Source of the DNA: Octopus vulgaris
Taxonomy: Eukaryota
Direction of reading: 5' to 3'
NCBI GenBank assembly: GCA_951406725.2
Contig: OX597818.1
Coordinates: 35,464,001 to 35,528,000, forward strand
Length of the DNA stretch: 64,000 bases
In this document: one piece after another, positions 40,172 to 55,530 of the stretch
Layout of the letters: the number at the start of each line of letters is the position of its first letter
Numbering within the stretch: the first letter of the stretch is position 1
Notes under the pieces: generated by a model
What the model saw: only the letters and a program-made list of their open reading frames with translations
Databases searched by the model: none
Told to the model about the DNA's origin: nothing
Made by a program: the position numbers and the translations under genes

Positions 40172-40228
<57 letters not shown>

Positions 40229-40769
40229 GTTTTACATTTTTGCATAAGGCCAGCAATTTTACTGGGAAGGTGTAAGTCGATCAATCGATCTCTATACTTG
40301 ACATGTACTATATTTTATCGATCACGAGATGAGAAAAGGCAAAGTCGATCCAAGTAGATTTTGAACCAAGTAAGATGTTAATATATAGAGCCAAAAGAAA
40401 TACCGTTAAATATTTCTAACGACGCTGTGATTTTTTAAACTTTAGACATATAGCCTACACTTTTGAGAGGGAGGAAGAAGGAAATTGACACTGGAAGTGA
40501 AAAAGGGGACTATCAGTAAAATATTTAAAGTACTGTTCGTCGATATCATTATTCTTTTTATAGAAATCTAATGGACAATTTCGAACAGGCTATCTACGTA
40601 TAAAACAAGATCAGGCTCCAAATAAGATTTTATTGTGGACAAAAATCTTATCTAAATCGTAGCGGAGAAACGATGTTTTTTCTTGTCTGTTTGAAAACCC
40701 GAAATTCTAATGACTCTCTGAAGATGTAAGATTATTCGGACAAAAATATTAATTCATATCATGTACATA

Positions 40770-41172
40770 TTCTTTTCTACTCTAGGAACAAGGCCCGAAA
40801 TTTTGGGAGAGTGGGGCCAGTCGATTAGATCGACCCCAGTATGCAACTGGTACTTAATTTATCGATCCCGAAAGGATAAAAGGCAAAATCGACCTCGGCG
40901 GAATTTGAACTCAGAACGTAAAGACAAACGAAATACCTATTTCTTTACTGTCCACAAGGGGCTACACACAGAGGTGGGACAAACAAAGACATACAAACGG
41001 ATTAAGTCGATTATATCAACCCCAGTGCGTAACTGGTACTTAATTTATAGACCCAGAAAGGATGAAAGACAAAGTCGACCTCGGTGGAATTTGAAATGAG
41101 AACGTAACGGCAGACGAAATACCGCTACGCATTTCGTCCACCGTGCTAACGTTTCTGCCAGCTCGCCGCCTT
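40770..41172 (-). mobile_element. SINE family C, tandem dimer
   Basis: Junction cgaaatacctatttcttt at ~40930-40945. Confidence 0.9.
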
Positions 41173-41480
41173 TTATATCACGTTAATATTGTACAGCGTC
41201 TTTATAATCCTTATATGAGTAAAAGATCTTTTACATTATAAGATTTATCCATTCGGAATTGTGGGCAATAGGTGCAACTTTGAAATGCAGTGTGATTTGT
41301 CTAAATATGGCCAAAGTCCGGTTTTAACAGACGATCGATTTTGAAAATACTTTGAGCACATTTATCAGACAAATACTTTTACAATGATTTAAACGTCGCT
41401 ACTCCCAACGTATAGTTTCCTTAAATCTATGCTTCCGTGTCTGTATAAAGAAAGTAACAGAAAACATATGTATATATATT

Positions 41481-41543
<63 letters not shown>

Positions 41544-42619
41544 TTATATATATGTTTTCACGTATGTATGTATATGTGTATGCGAATGAAATATACAAAA
41601 AGAAATTAAGTATCTCAATGTAGTAATTCATTAATCAAGTTACCTGAATTCAGAGAATACAGCTGTGAGTACTGTTCTTAATTACTGCTATAGAACAATT
41701 CAACGGAAAGTGAACGCAAAGGACAGAACATCAAAAACTATTTGGCTTTTAGACATTCTGACTGTAACCACTTGAAAATTTATTGATCGCTATAATATTC
41801 CGTCTGTGGAGAACAGTTTTAATCTAGTTAATATATGGAGTAACTCATAAAACGCATATTATGGCTGTGTTTGTTTTCAGTACAGCTGAAAACTCGTGAA
41901 ACAGGTTCTGTTGACACAACAACTGAGGCAAAGAAACAAGAAATAGCACTGTTGCATTATAGATTTCTAGTAGAGTCGAACGCATTCAGTTAATGACATG
42001 CACACTTTTTAACCAGCGTACCCTCAAACAAATAAATTGTAACGTGATTTTGTTAAACATTATAGTCTGAGAAAAGTTCAGAGGTTTTTTTTTTTGTGTC
42101 TGTTTTTTTTTTTTTTTCCAGCAAAGTAAATTACAAAAAGTTTAGCAACCAAAAAAGAAAATTTGCAGGCAAAAAAAAAAAAAAAAAGAGAAGTGAAAAC
42201 AGAAAAACGAAACAGTAACGCCAGAAAAATATTTGTGTTGCGAAAAATAAGTAAAAAAAAAAACTAAATTTACTCGATATAGATTTACAGATGTTTTTTT
42301 ATAGAGTTTCTAGATCTGTACCTCTCACAATTTAACGCCTACACGCCATATTCGTTCAATATCTTATCACAATGCAATTATAATGCATACATCTATGGGA
42401 AAATTGGTAATAAACAACTCTGGTTGGAAAGACCAGATATAGTTCAAGCACAGTCTTCGTTTATTGTTATATCTAAGCTTTGTCTCTGCGCTTCTTTATG
42501 TTTCTCTCGTTCGCTCGGGCTCTCTTTTTTCGTTTTGCTCCTTGTATCCCTCCGTCTGTCTCTCATGTGCGTCCACTCAGGCAGAGTTCATGTGTAGTAT
42601 TTTTTGTATATATATTTAA

Positions 42620-42858
<239 letters not shown>

Positions 42859-43705
42859 GGGCATAAATATAACCAGACCAATACAATCAAAGTTATAAGT
42901 AAGGGGACGGCTGGGGCGATGGCAATGGTACTGATAATAATAATAGTAAAGATAATGTTGACAATGATGGTGATTAAAATGGTGGATGACTTACAGCGGT
43001 CATTAAAAGGTGGCTGGGTAATGATAATAGAGAAGAGGAAGGAGGAGGAGGGGAAAAGAAGATGATGGTGAGTATGATGATGATGTGGGGAAAGGAGACG
43101 GTAGAGATGGAGGGGATCGTTCTTTACCTTCTCTTACTCCACGTCATCATGATGACCCCATCATCATCATCACCAATACCATCGCTGTTATCTCTGTTAT
43201 CATCAACTACAATTGCCATGACCAAAGCTGTCACTGTCAGCCCACTTATGATCTTGCTTCTATCACTCTGGTTATCTTTCTGCTCCTTTGTCTTTCGATT
43301 TCCCTCTTAAATTTGAACTGTTACTGATTACTAATTACTTCGGACGAAACACATATTTTATTGTACCCATTGTTTTTAACACACGTACATACGTGCGTTA
43401 AAGCCGCAATAATTATGCACCAACCCAATACATATATATATATATTACTGTTTCCAATTTTATCTTCGTCTCTTGTTTTCCTATTCGTCTCGGTTGTCAC
43501 ATTCTTTCTTTCTACCAAGCAAATCTAATGCCCCATAGTTTAGCTTTTCCTTGGGACTGGCCTTTTCGGAGCAAATCTGAGAATTAAACAGCCGAAATTT
43601 GCCATGATGAATCGGTTTCTGACTGAAGAATGAAGGCTCTGAATTACTGTCCGTTTTTCCGTGTTTGTCAATTCGTGTATTTCACGTTCTTTATATATAA
43701 GTTTT

Positions 43706-43772
<67 letters not shown>

Positions 43773-45096
43773 GTAAATGCAAATGTAATGTTATTTCTAG
43801 TTGGAAACATCATTTCTGTGGCTATACTATCGGAGCTATTTTTAGCACTAGAACTATCCACATAGTGGTAACTCACTAATAATTTATGTATAAATTTGTA
43901 TTTTCTCCCTAGTTTTTTTGTGCTAAGCCAGTCGGTGTTAAATTAATGGTATTATTAAATTAATATCAAATTTTCCCCCTCATTTATAAATTTATATATA
44001 TATGTATATGTGCGTGCATTCGTCTGCCTCTCTATTCGTCCCTCTACAACCGCTTGACAACCGGTGTTGGTGTTTTTACGTCCCCGTAATATAGTGGTTT
44101 GGCGAAAGTAGTAGATTCGTTCGACTAAAATTCTTCAAGGCTATTCCCAACATGACCTCACCCACCCTAATGACTGAAACACGTAAATAATAAAAGATAA
44201 AAGGTAATATTACTTAGTAATTCTTTTATTAATTAATTCAGTAATTATATCAAAGATCGCATATTTATGCAATTTAGAACAGATTAACTATATTACTGTC
44301 CATATTTGTGCATAATATAAATAGATATATATATTTCATTTACTTAGTGGTAAGGAAAATGAGTAACTCAGCTCTGATGATGCGATAAACAGGTTGAAAC
44401 TAGGTGGTCCATCGTTTTTCCTGACTATAAACAGGTCTTAATCATAGTGACTTCTTTTCTCAGTAATAATAAACGTGCATCTGCGAAAATCACTCTCATC
44501 TAAGCTTATCTTTGCATCAGTGTGTATGTGTGTGTGTGTGTTTGAGTGTGCAGGTGTGCTTGTAGTACTTATTTATTACACACACACACACACACACACA
44601 CACGTATAGATATCGATATGTGTTCATGTGTATATGCATGCACGAGTGTGTGCGTTCATGTGTGTGTTTGTGCGTATGTATGTATTCGTGCGAATGCAAG
44701 AAATCTTATAAGTCCAGACCTTCAGGCGATTCATCGAATCCCATATAAATAATATTCGTTAACCTACAAATAGTCTGTTTGATTGTACATATGACCATAT
44801 ATTTAGCGCTATCCCAGGGCAGAATTCTCCATTTCATACTAAAATCCCAGACGTTTTTCTTTGCTTTGATAATTCCAATCTACTCTATATCACGGTCGAA
44901 TAATAATACGCAACTTGAACAACAAACACATATGTTATCTGTCAGCAAACGTTTGATGGAAACAGAAGAATTATGGTGTTAATTTTATCGGTACAGATGA
45001 GATAGAGTAAAATCTATCGTAATGCTACGCTAGCTGAACTAAATAACTTCTGTCCCATACAGAGCCAGGTTTTCAAATACAAGACAATATTTAAAT

Positions 45097-45320
45097 ACTC
45101 TTTTACTCTCTTTTACTTGTTTCAGTCATTTGACTGTGGCCATGCTGGGGCACCACCTTTAGTCGAGCAAATCGACCCCTGGACTTATTCTTCGTAAGCC
45201 TAGTACTTATTCTATCGGTCACTTTTGCCGAACCGCTAAGTTACGATGACGTAAACACACCAGCATCGGTTGTCAAGCGATGTTGGGGGGACAAACACAG
45301 ACACACAAACACATACGCAA

Positions 45321-45375
<55 letters not shown>

Positions 45376-45542
45376 TACGACGGGCTTCTTTCAGTTTCCG
45401 TCTACCAAATCAACTCACAAGGCTAATGGTCGGCCCGAAGCTATAGTAGAAGATACTTGCCCAAGGTATCACGTAGTGGGACTGAACCCGGAACCATGTG
45501 GTCAGCAAACAAGCTACTTGCCACACAGCCACTCTTATGCCA
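45097..45542 (-). mobile_element. SINE family B
   Basis: Full-length reverse copy. Confidence 0.9.
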
Positions 45543-46101
45543 TTCCTAATACTGAATCTTTTACGAAATACGCTGAAACACAGCGTTACCCTATATATTG
45601 ATTGCATCCTAGTTACTAGTAATAAATAATTGAATACAGAGACACAAACGTACATAAATATACGAATACACATTCCATCACATAAATACACGTAAGAATG
45701 TACGTGTGTGTATGTATGCCCGTGTAGTGTGTTTGTGTGTACGTTTGTCTGCGCACTTTGTAATGGATACCTGCCGAGCATAGTTATTAAATGATTTTCA
45801 ATATTTTTCACTCAAGCTATTATCTAAATATACATTACCACTTTACTTAATACAATGTTCTATTCTTCGTTGTATAACAGCTCAGACATTCTTCGCGTGT
45901 ACACATGCTCACAACATACACCTTCATACACATTCCACACGCAAACACACACACAAACGCGTGCACGCACATTCACGTGAACACACACACATACAAACAT
46001 AGAGTGAAATAGATAGATAGAGAGATAGATTGATAGAGAGACAGTTAGGCAGGGTTAGATAGATATAGATATAAATATATATATGTAAATGTATGAGTAG
46101 A

Positions 46102-46154
<53 letters not shown>

Positions 46155-49100
46155 GTATTTGTATATGTGTGTATATATATATATATATACACACACACAA
46201 ATATACAAACATATATGTATATATATGTGTGTGTATTTATGTGTGCATGTATGTATGCCTGTATGCATATGTGTATGTATATGTGTGTGTGTCTTCTAAG
46301 TATGGCTTTTAACTGCATCGGTTAGTGGAACCATGGTACATGAATTCCAGTGTTATGAGGAGTGTGGAATCACGTCTTAGCCGCTTTTGATCCCAGGTCT
46401 AATCTGACCCGGAGTATTAGCACCTGTTAGAGTCCCAACTATGTGTTAGGCAGCAGGTAAAGCACTGCGAGTAAAGGACCTCTCTCATTCTCGTTAGAGC
46501 TTCCTTCAAGGAGACGGTAAACTTCTATAGAAAAAAAGTGCTAATGGTTTCTGGTTGTGCCAATCTCTTTTGTGCCACTGGTTTTATGGTTGAGCACAGT
46601 GAAAAGTAGGTTCACTACTGTGCAACACTTTATCCACTGAATCAAATTCACGCACAGGAACTTCTTAGACTCTCAGGACGCTTGTACGGCTTACTGAGTT
46701 TAGAATATGGTCTTATTCGTCACGAGTTGATTTTCACCATATGTGTGTATATATGTATGCATCATCCAATTGTAATAAGAAACCTGTTCACAAACATCAG
46801 CAGAACAATCTCTAGTGTGTACACGGATTGAGAGATCTTCAACAGGCGAGTACCCCTATTAAAATAAGGCTCTTGCGAGTACTTTCTGTAGTGATTAAAT
46901 TAGATCATTCTTTGATCTGCATCCTGAAACTCTAGGAGAGTTATTTGGTGTTATAATCTAATCAACCTAGATGTTTCTACAAATATAGCCAAAAGCTTTC
47001 CATAGAACCCTTGGATAACGTAAAGTTTTATATTCCCATAACGTTAAGGCAAGCTTTCATGATTAAATAACCTTCTTTCCAGCTTCGCACTCTAACGCAG
47101 CCATGTAATCTCCATCCGACACTCCGAGTTTAAAATTCTGCAAACTGGGAGGATTCTGACTCTCGAAAGCTTAGGTCTACATAGCCTCCTTCAAACCACA
47201 CAATACTTATTACAAAATAAGATACAGATAAGATAGCCAATAAATTCGAAGGAAGATACTCGCAGCATGTGCACTCCTCCAGATGTAAGGACAGATAAAA
47301 CTGCACTTCCTTGTACTGCTTCATCAGTGGACTATGAAACCACAGCCACAGTAACAGCTGACCCAACATCAAACAATATATTCAACAGGTGATCCATCTT
47401 ACCAGGAACTTGTAATTCCAACTCTACCTCCGAGAAAACTGCACATAAGTGTCCAGTCAATATGTATACTGTCTTCATTAATAGACAGCGAAATATTGAC
47501 TTTGATGTATTTCAAAACATTACCACTTCGATAAACCCGACATATCTAAACCAGGCATAATGTTCGTAGAGATTTAGGACCTCCGTTTTTACAACTTTAT
47601 GGTGCTACAGATACACCAGAAACATGTGCACCAAGCAACGCACACCGATGTCTTAGTGAACATGCATGCTTTGTGGAGTTTCCAACAACATCTGTCTCTA
47701 TGTTAGGTCTCAGCTATTACTTTGGCTTTGATGTCGCTAACGCGCCCAGTATCACACATCGATGACTAAGCGACATTGATGCACACCTGCTTTAACCTGT
47801 TGAGATTTTATTTTTCTCTGATGTCGCTGAATTATCCCTAGGCTGACGGGACCAGAACCGATCAATGACGATCAAAATGCAACAAAGAAGCTTTTTTCCC
47901 CCCTCCACTTTGCTTTAAAATGCATGAGAAATGGCCGTGCTTTCACGTCCACGATATTTAAATTATGCGAGAACTAAGTCACATACATGCACAACACACA
48001 CTCACGCGTGCACGCACACATACACATAAAATTTAGTACTATAAATTTTACAACAACGGCCAGTTAGATAACGTACAGAAGTCAAACACCTTACGCTGTA
48101 CACTAGACTGCTTCTATTTACGTTACGTAGAATGTAAAAGTTTCAATTCGCAAGCTTATAGATTAAGACTATTTATTCTTTTTGATAGATATCAGTTCCA
48201 AGAATTATTTGACCCGCCACCAAATAACAGCAGGACCTCCACCAGTTTGGCCAATCTATTCACTGGCATAAAAACGATGGGATGAGATGGTCGTAGCTGG
48301 AATGCGCTTGCTCATAAGTCAGCTTGACCAGGGCTAACCTGAGGTTAATTTAAAAAGAAAATAAATCACAAGCTTGATGTGATTGATCAAACATTAACGA
48401 CTGACTCTTCTTTTCACTGGTACTTCGCATTATATCCTCTTGTCCTTTGAACTGTAACGATACTGTGAAGATAATATATAACATTCATAAAGATTATTTG
48501 TTGTATTTTAAACATTTTCCCTTGTTTTATGCGATGATTGCAATAGCATTCAACGGGTTATTTATCTAAATTGAGAATACAGATATTTCGACAAAAACAC
48601 TTTAAAATTTCCAAGTAAGTAAATAGATAAATAAAAATATAAAACTATAAAAACGACGAAACGACTGATTTCCTACCGTATATTCTGATGAACCGAAAGT
48701 TGTATTCTTTTTTTTTTTTCTCAATCATTTCCAAACCAAATTGATCTAATCTATGTTACAAAGTAAGTACTCCATAGGTTAGTTATAAAAATAAGAGCAC
48801 TACCAACGAAACTTTGAATACATTTTTCGAATATAGGTGTACGCATTTATTCCTCACTTCGCTCAATAATGTATGAACGTATTTTTATTTTCTGTTTTGA
48901 ACGAATGAGTGCATATGTAAAAGCATTTCCAGTGAATAAGAAAGAAATTTTAAGTAAGAGAGGAGGAGAGTGTGAAAGAAAGAAAAAGAGAATCGAACCT
49001 AATAGTATTGTATTGTATGTATGTTCCTGCAGCTGTTTACTTATTCTTTTGCTTTATTGGTTCTTATAGTTCTTTTCTTGGCTGACTCATTGATTGATGT

Positions 49101-49192
49101 GGTTTTTGCCCGAATTTGGCAATCCATTAGCAACATTTGAAGTTAATTTATCTATCAACCAGTCATCTATCTTATCTGTCTATCTTACTTAC

Positions 49193-49266
<74 letters not shown>

Positions 49267-50250
49267 GTCTGTCTGTCTGTCTGTCTGTCTACAGACATAC
49301 ACACAGAGATACACACATACACACACACGCACACATACACGCGCTCACCCGCGTCCAAGGATATATATTCATGTATGTATAAGCATGTGTATGTATATAT
49401 GTATGTATGTAATTATGTATGTATGTATGTATGTCCGGAAATTTTCCTTCCTTCACAGAAGGAAACTAATTGTGTGTTTGATTAAATATACTTTCTTATA
49501 CCTTTTTAAAGATTCATTTTAAAATTTGAAAAACAAACAAATGACAATTCTGTTTTGCATGCACGCAAATTATGTATCTGCAATGCGTACATTTCGGTTT
49601 TTGAAATTTTATCATTACAGATAAAAAAGAAAATTTACTGGAGATAAAGTTAATTCGAAGACTATAAATACAATCCATCACTGGAACTGTAAAAATCTGT
49701 AAAACTTTCCAGAAGATTTAAATACATATGAGCATGTCTAGATATGCAACTATATGCATGAGAATACGTGCATAAATCAAAACATACAAATCCACACATA
49801 TACATACATTCATACATACATACAAAGTAAAATACCCTGTTGTTGAAGTTGAAATTTCAATGAAGGGGCCTTTGATCTAGGTTAGAAACCGGCTCTTTCT
49901 CTATTGGTGAGAAATCTTGAAATAAAACTGAACAATGACATACATACATGCATACATACAGGCTAATCAGGAATAAAAATAAAAACAAAAGTCATTTGGA
50001 CGTACACAGTGAATGTTTTAGGTGACCTCGATTTTAGAAGGAAAAAAAGGAGGGTGTGACTGTGCAAGCATGGCTCATCGTCAGAAAATGGAAAGAGGAA
50101 AGGTCCAGTGAGAAGGGGAAGAAATAGTCCGGGAAGAGCACGCGTGTCGTTACACAGCCGAAGTACATACATAAACACACATAGATAGATAGATAGATAC
50201 ATACATAAATACATGCATGCATACATACATATGTACGTACATATATGCAT

Positions 50251-51470
50251 CTTTTCTTTATCTCCGTCTGTCTTGATAGACAATGGGTTGCACCAAGGGT
50301 GGGGCCTACTTTGATGATGTGCAGCGTCTGCTGTGACTGAACAGTCCAATTCTAGAGTGGCAGTCCTTGGTACAGTTGCTGCACACGAACATCGATGGGT
50401 ACGTGTGGGGTGTTGCTGCAGTTGTCCTCCTCCTGTCCCGCCTGTCCAACCACAGCTGTGCTCTCCTCTCCTCAGCCATGGAAACGCCTTTCCTCACCGT
50501 CCGACGCCAGGCAGAGCGGTCAGCAGCTGTTTCCTCCCACGTGTTCCACACAGATGTTGGCAGTTCTCAGGTCGCGCTTGCACACGTCCCTGTATCGTAG
50601 CTGTGGACGTCTCTTGGGTCGGGATCCCGTGGTGAGTTCGCTGTACAGGATGTCTTTAGGCATGCGACCGTCCTGCATGCGGCAGACGTGTCCGAGCCAG
50701 CGCAGTCGTCTCCGCACGAGGAGGGCATACATGCTTGGCATATTAGTCTGTTCCAGGATGACTCCGTTTGGTACTCGGTCCTTCCAGGAGATGCCAAGGA
50801 TCCGTCGAAGACATCGCATGTGGAAGCCGCTGAGGCGGCATTCCTGCCGGGTGTATGTTGTCCAGCTCTCGCTGCCGTAGAGTAGGGTGCTCAGCACGCA
50901 GGCTCGGTACACTGCGATCTTGGTGGTTAATGTGAGCATGTTGTTTTCCCACACTCTCCTGGAGAGCTTAGCCATGGCAGCAGCAGCCTTCCCAATCCGT
51001 CTGTTCAGCTCCGGCTCGAGGGACAGGCTGCTGGAGACCGTCGATCCCAGGTAAGTGAACTCGTTCACCACCTGCAAGCTGTGGTCGCCGACACTGATGC
51101 TGGGGACCCCTCCGACGTCCTGGCCCATGATCTCTGTCTTTTTCAGGCTGATGGTAAGGCCGAACTCTTGGCAGGCATCCGCCAGGGAGCTGACCAGCCT
51201 CTGGAGACCCGGTTGGTTGTTTGATGTTAGGGCGGCATCGTCAGCAAAGAGGATCTCTCTGATCAGCACCTGACGGACTTTGGTCTTAGCTCTGAGGCGC
51301 GCAAGATTGAACAATCCACCATCAGCCCTGGTGTGGAGGAACACTCCGTCGTCGGACGTTCTGAAGGCATAGGACAGGACAAGGGAGAAGAAAATTCCGA
51401 AGAGCGTCGGCGCCAGAACGCAACCCTGTTTCACTCCACTCTGGATGGGGAATGACTCCGAAGTCGACTT
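50251..51470 (-). mobile_element. 5'-truncated RTE-clade LINE (RT C-terminal half, Zn-finger C-terminus, short 3' UTR)
   Basis: ORF 50520-51509 has GVKQGCVLAPTLF, LFADDAAL, FTYLGS, LLYGSESW, RRLRWLGHVCRM, RPQLRYRD. The frame 50306-50551 continues WEETAADRSAWR...CSNCTKDCHSRIGLFSHSRRC after one frameshift near 50550. GC-rich; candidate TSD atatatgcat at 50241-50250 and 51472-51481. Confidence 0.93.
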
Positions 51471-52259
51471 TATATATGCATAGACGCAAATATATATGCA
51501 TAGACGCAAATAATTATAGAAGTTGCATAGTAAGGCTTAGTTTTTTAAAAAAGCAGAGTTTACAAGTGATTACGAATTTCGAAGACTATAAGACTATAAG
51601 TATTTATCTTCCATTGTCCAAAGGAGGAGGCAGGGAGAGGGCAATTCTTCATCATAATTTATTCCTATTCACTACAAAGGGAATTTTGACATTTTAGGGT
51701 CCAATCCATCTGTACCCTTTGCAGCAGGGAACTAAAGGCAATTTGCTATATCAGCTATTACGAGTCATTCTTTCATTAAGATATCCGGAATAATTTTCTT
51801 CGCATGTGGGACCTACCTCCTATCTCCCATAAAATGAAACTAATTATATTTTTCCACGGGAATATCTTTTTTTTCTAAACTTGATTGAAAACATAAATAA
51901 TAAAAAAGAAAAATCCGAGCGTTGCAATTAATTAAGTTCGTATTAATATCAATAAGTATATTCTTTGCAATTACAATTCAAAACATCCTCATTCACTCGA
52001 TCTGACTATAAATGACTTACTTTTAATTAAACATTATTACTTGACTTCTGTAACTACACATACCTAAAAATGATATTACATCCAACTGAACAGTGAAAAT
52101 GAACAACTGAACAAACAAGTATGAAACTACAATAGCATATTTTCCTCTAATATAAGAACATAAGCGATAAAATTACGAAAATCTGAGACGTTCATATACA
52201 GAGCTATATTACTCTACATTTCTCTAAATAGACTTTGTTATATATTTGATTGTAAATAT

Positions 52260-52770
52260 CTATTTCATTATTGCCCACAGGGGGCTAAACATAGAGGGGA
52301 CAAACAAGGACAGACAAAGGGAGTAAGTTGATTAGATCGACCTCAGTATGCAACTGGTACTTAATTTATCGATCCCGAAAGGATGAAAGGCAAAGTCGAC
52401 TTCGGCGGAATTTGAACTTAGAACGTAAAGACAGACAAAATACCGCTAATTATTTCGCTCGGCGTGTTAACGTTTCTTATTTCTTTATTGCCCACAGGGG
52501 GCTAAACATAGAGGGGACACACAAGGACAGACAAAGGGATTAAGTCGATTATATCGACTCCAGTGCGTAACTGGTACTTAATTTATCGACCCCGAAAGAA
52601 TGAAAGGCAAAGTCGACATCGGCGGAATTTGAACTCAGAACGTAAAGACAGACGAAATACCTATTTCTTTACTAACCACAATAAATTAAGTACCAGTTAC
52701 GCACTGGGGTGGAGGTGATCGATCAGTCCCCTCCTTGCAAATTTCAGGCCTTGTACTTTTAGTAGAAACC
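52260..52770 (-). mobile_element. SINE family C multimer with inverted 5' piece
   Basis: Two minus-strand units plus the tail of a third (52260-52680), then a plus-strand tail fragment (52681-52770). Confidence 0.85.
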
Positions 52771-53159
52771 ATCATACTAGTTACATCTAGATAACTTGGT
52801 GCATTACACTAAAACTTTCACGAATAACACATTCTAGACATATCTTGTGCAAAATGAAAATACGTGCAGAATATGCCAGAATAACAATTTGAATATTATT
52901 GAAATCAGCTTTTCCAAGCATTCAGTTTTTAGTAATTTTTTAAAAATCTTTTTAGGGTATAAATGCATTTTAGCAACAAGGAGATTGGTTTCAAGCCAAA
53001 ACTGACCGAAATAGCACATAAAAAAAGTAGAAGTAGGAAATTAACTAATGCATCAACAAAGTACTAAGTTCCTACTATAAATATATATCTTCATGGTTAA
53101 TATACGTTCATGAAAATATATTTAAAATGACACGTAAACTTATATATATATATAAATGG

Positions 53160-53223
<64 letters not shown>

Positions 53224-53290
53224 ACCGCGTGTGTACCGTTGGCGATTTTTTTCCCCTGTCTTTCCTTCTCTGGATCTTTCCTTCTCCTAT

Positions 53291-53325
53291 GTTTCCGACG
53301 AAGAGCTCCGCTCGAAACGTTAAAC
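53291..53325 (+). ncRNA. Minimal PLE-type hammerhead motif in a Penelope-like 3' end (~53222-53430)
   Basis: gttt-CCGACGA-a-gagc-tcc-gctc-GAAAC-GTTA-aac; stems I and II pair; followed by a pyrimidine-rich tail and (TA)n. Confidence 0.6.
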
Positions 53326-53424
53326 CCTCAATCTTCCCTTCCTTCCTGAGCGTCCAATAATATTATATTTGTTCCACGTCCTCGCGTTGTTGTGTTTTCT
53401 CTTTGTGTTTTCATGTTTGGATTA

Positions 53425-53470
<46 letters not shown>

Positions 53471-53473
<3 letters not shown>

Positions 53474-53590
53474 TGGGTTGTCCGGAAAGTTCGTGCCGAT
53501 TTTTTAAGGAAACGAGAAGGTCAATAAATAATTGCCATTACATTTTAAATCATCAAACTATGGACCATTTTGTTGCACAATGCGTCTCCA
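53471..53590 (-). mobile_element. Mariner terminal fragment (TIR plus transposase C-terminus)
   Basis: tattgggttgtccggaaagttcgtg TIR; minus strand encodes WRRIVQQNGP, like a mariner C-terminus. A similar solo TIR (aattatgcaccaacccaata) lies at ~43410-43430. Confidence 0.6.
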
Positions 53591-53617
53591 TATATATATA
53601 TGTGTGTGTGTGAATGC

Positions 53618-53940
53618 GAAGGCGCGTGGCTTAGTGGTTAGGGGTATTCAGCTCATGATGGTAAGATCGTGAGTTCAATTCCCGGCGGCGGGTTGTGTCC
53701 TTGAGCAACACACTTTATTTCATATTGCTCCAGTCCACTCAGCTGGCAAAAATGAGTAGTACCTTTAGTTTTCAAAGGACCAGCCTTGTCACACACTGTG
53801 TCACGCTGAATCACCGCGAGAACTACGTTAGTACACGTGTTTGTGGAGTGCTCAGCCACTTACACGTTAATTTCACGAGCAAGCTGTTCCATTGATCATA
53901 TCAGCTGGGGCCGGCGTCGTCGCAACCGACGGAGTGCTCC
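53618..53940 (+). mobile_element. SINE family A
   Basis: Near-identical to 5843-6152. Confidence 0.9.
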
Positions 53941-54147
53941 TACATGTATGTACGTGTGTGTATGCGTGTGTGTGTGTGTGTGCATATAAACAGAAAGAAA
54001 GCAAAGACTGAAGATTTTCAGACGATGAATATTTAAATATAAATATATAGAAATTTATATATCAGTGTATTAAATGTGCGCAAAATACAAAACGGCAGAG
54101 AAAATTAAAGGCGAAGTAAAGTCCAACAACTGTTTTCCCATTTAATT

Positions 54148-54179
<32 letters not shown>

Positions 54180-54380
54180 TTACTACTACTACTACTAATA
54201 CTACTACTACTACTACTACAACACCAGCACCAGCACCACCAGCACCAGCACCACCAGCATCACCAGCACCACCAGCACCAGCACCACCAGCAACACCAGC
54301 ACCACCACCAGCACCACCACCACCACCAGCACCAGCACCACCACCAGCACCAGCACCACCACCAGCACCACCACCACCAT

Positions 54381-54442
<62 letters not shown>

Positions 54443-54494
54443 TTACTACCACCACCACCACCACCACCACCACCACTACTACTGCTGCTGCTGC
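54148..54494. repeat. Compound (CTA)n/(CCAGCA)n/(CCA)n
   Basis: Direct reading. Confidence 0.95.
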
Positions 54495-54654
54495 TTTCAC
54501 TGCTTAATTTGTGCAACGAGCAGAAATCAAATATGCTTCTGATCTCTGACTACTGTCTTAAATTACATAACGCCATATTGAACAATGCTGTGTCAGATAT
54601 AGAAAGAGATGATGGGATGGTCATGGCGAGTACATCTTTTATTATATTTATGCA

Positions 54655-54791
54655 CGATATAGGCTAAACTGATGTTAGAGGTGATCCAAATTACCATCAT
54701 CAGCATCACCATCACCCGCATCATCGTCGCTATCATCAGCATTATCATCATCACCCTCATCATCATCATCATCATCCTCATCATCATCATC

Positions 54792-54825
<34 letters not shown>

Positions 54826-54841
54826 CCACCACCATCATCAC

Positions 54842-54879
<38 letters not shown>

Positions 54880-54929
54880 CCCTCATCATCATCATCATCA
54901 TCATCACCATCATCACCCTCATCATCATC

Positions 54930-54961
<32 letters not shown>

Positions 54962-55095
54962 CATCAGCATCGTCAACAACAACAACAGCGATATAGGCTA
55001 AACTGATGTCAGAGGTGAACCAAACTACCATCATCAGCATCAGCATCATCAGCATTATCATCATCACCTCATCATCATCATCATCATCATCACCC

Positions 55096-55143
<48 letters not shown>

Positions 55144-55273
55144 GCATCGTCAACAACAACAACAGCGATATAGGCTAAACTGATGTCAGAGGTGAACCAA
55201 ACTACCATCATCAGCATTACCATCATCAGCATTATCATCATCACCCTCATCATCATCATCATCATCATCACCC

Positions 55274-55306
<33 letters not shown>

Positions 55307-55309
55307 CCC

Positions 55310-55342
<33 letters not shown>

Positions 55343-55345
55343 CCC

Positions 55346-55390
<45 letters not shown>

Positions 55391-55480
55391 GCATCGTCAA
55401 CAACAACAACAGCGATATAGGCTAAACTGATGTCAGAGGTGATCCAAACTACCATCATCAGCATCACCATCATCAGCATT

Positions 55481-55530
<50 letters not shown>

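Noticed and set aside
43062-43310. Hydrophobic 82-aa ORF resembling a signal peptide
   Set aside because: Wrong strand for the Dscam exon and derived from decayed GAT/CAT low-complexity sequence.
44372-44410. CTGATGA...GAAAC hammerhead-like words; also ~48685 and ~60530 (minus)
   Set aside because: Stem II or stem I cannot be formed convincingly.
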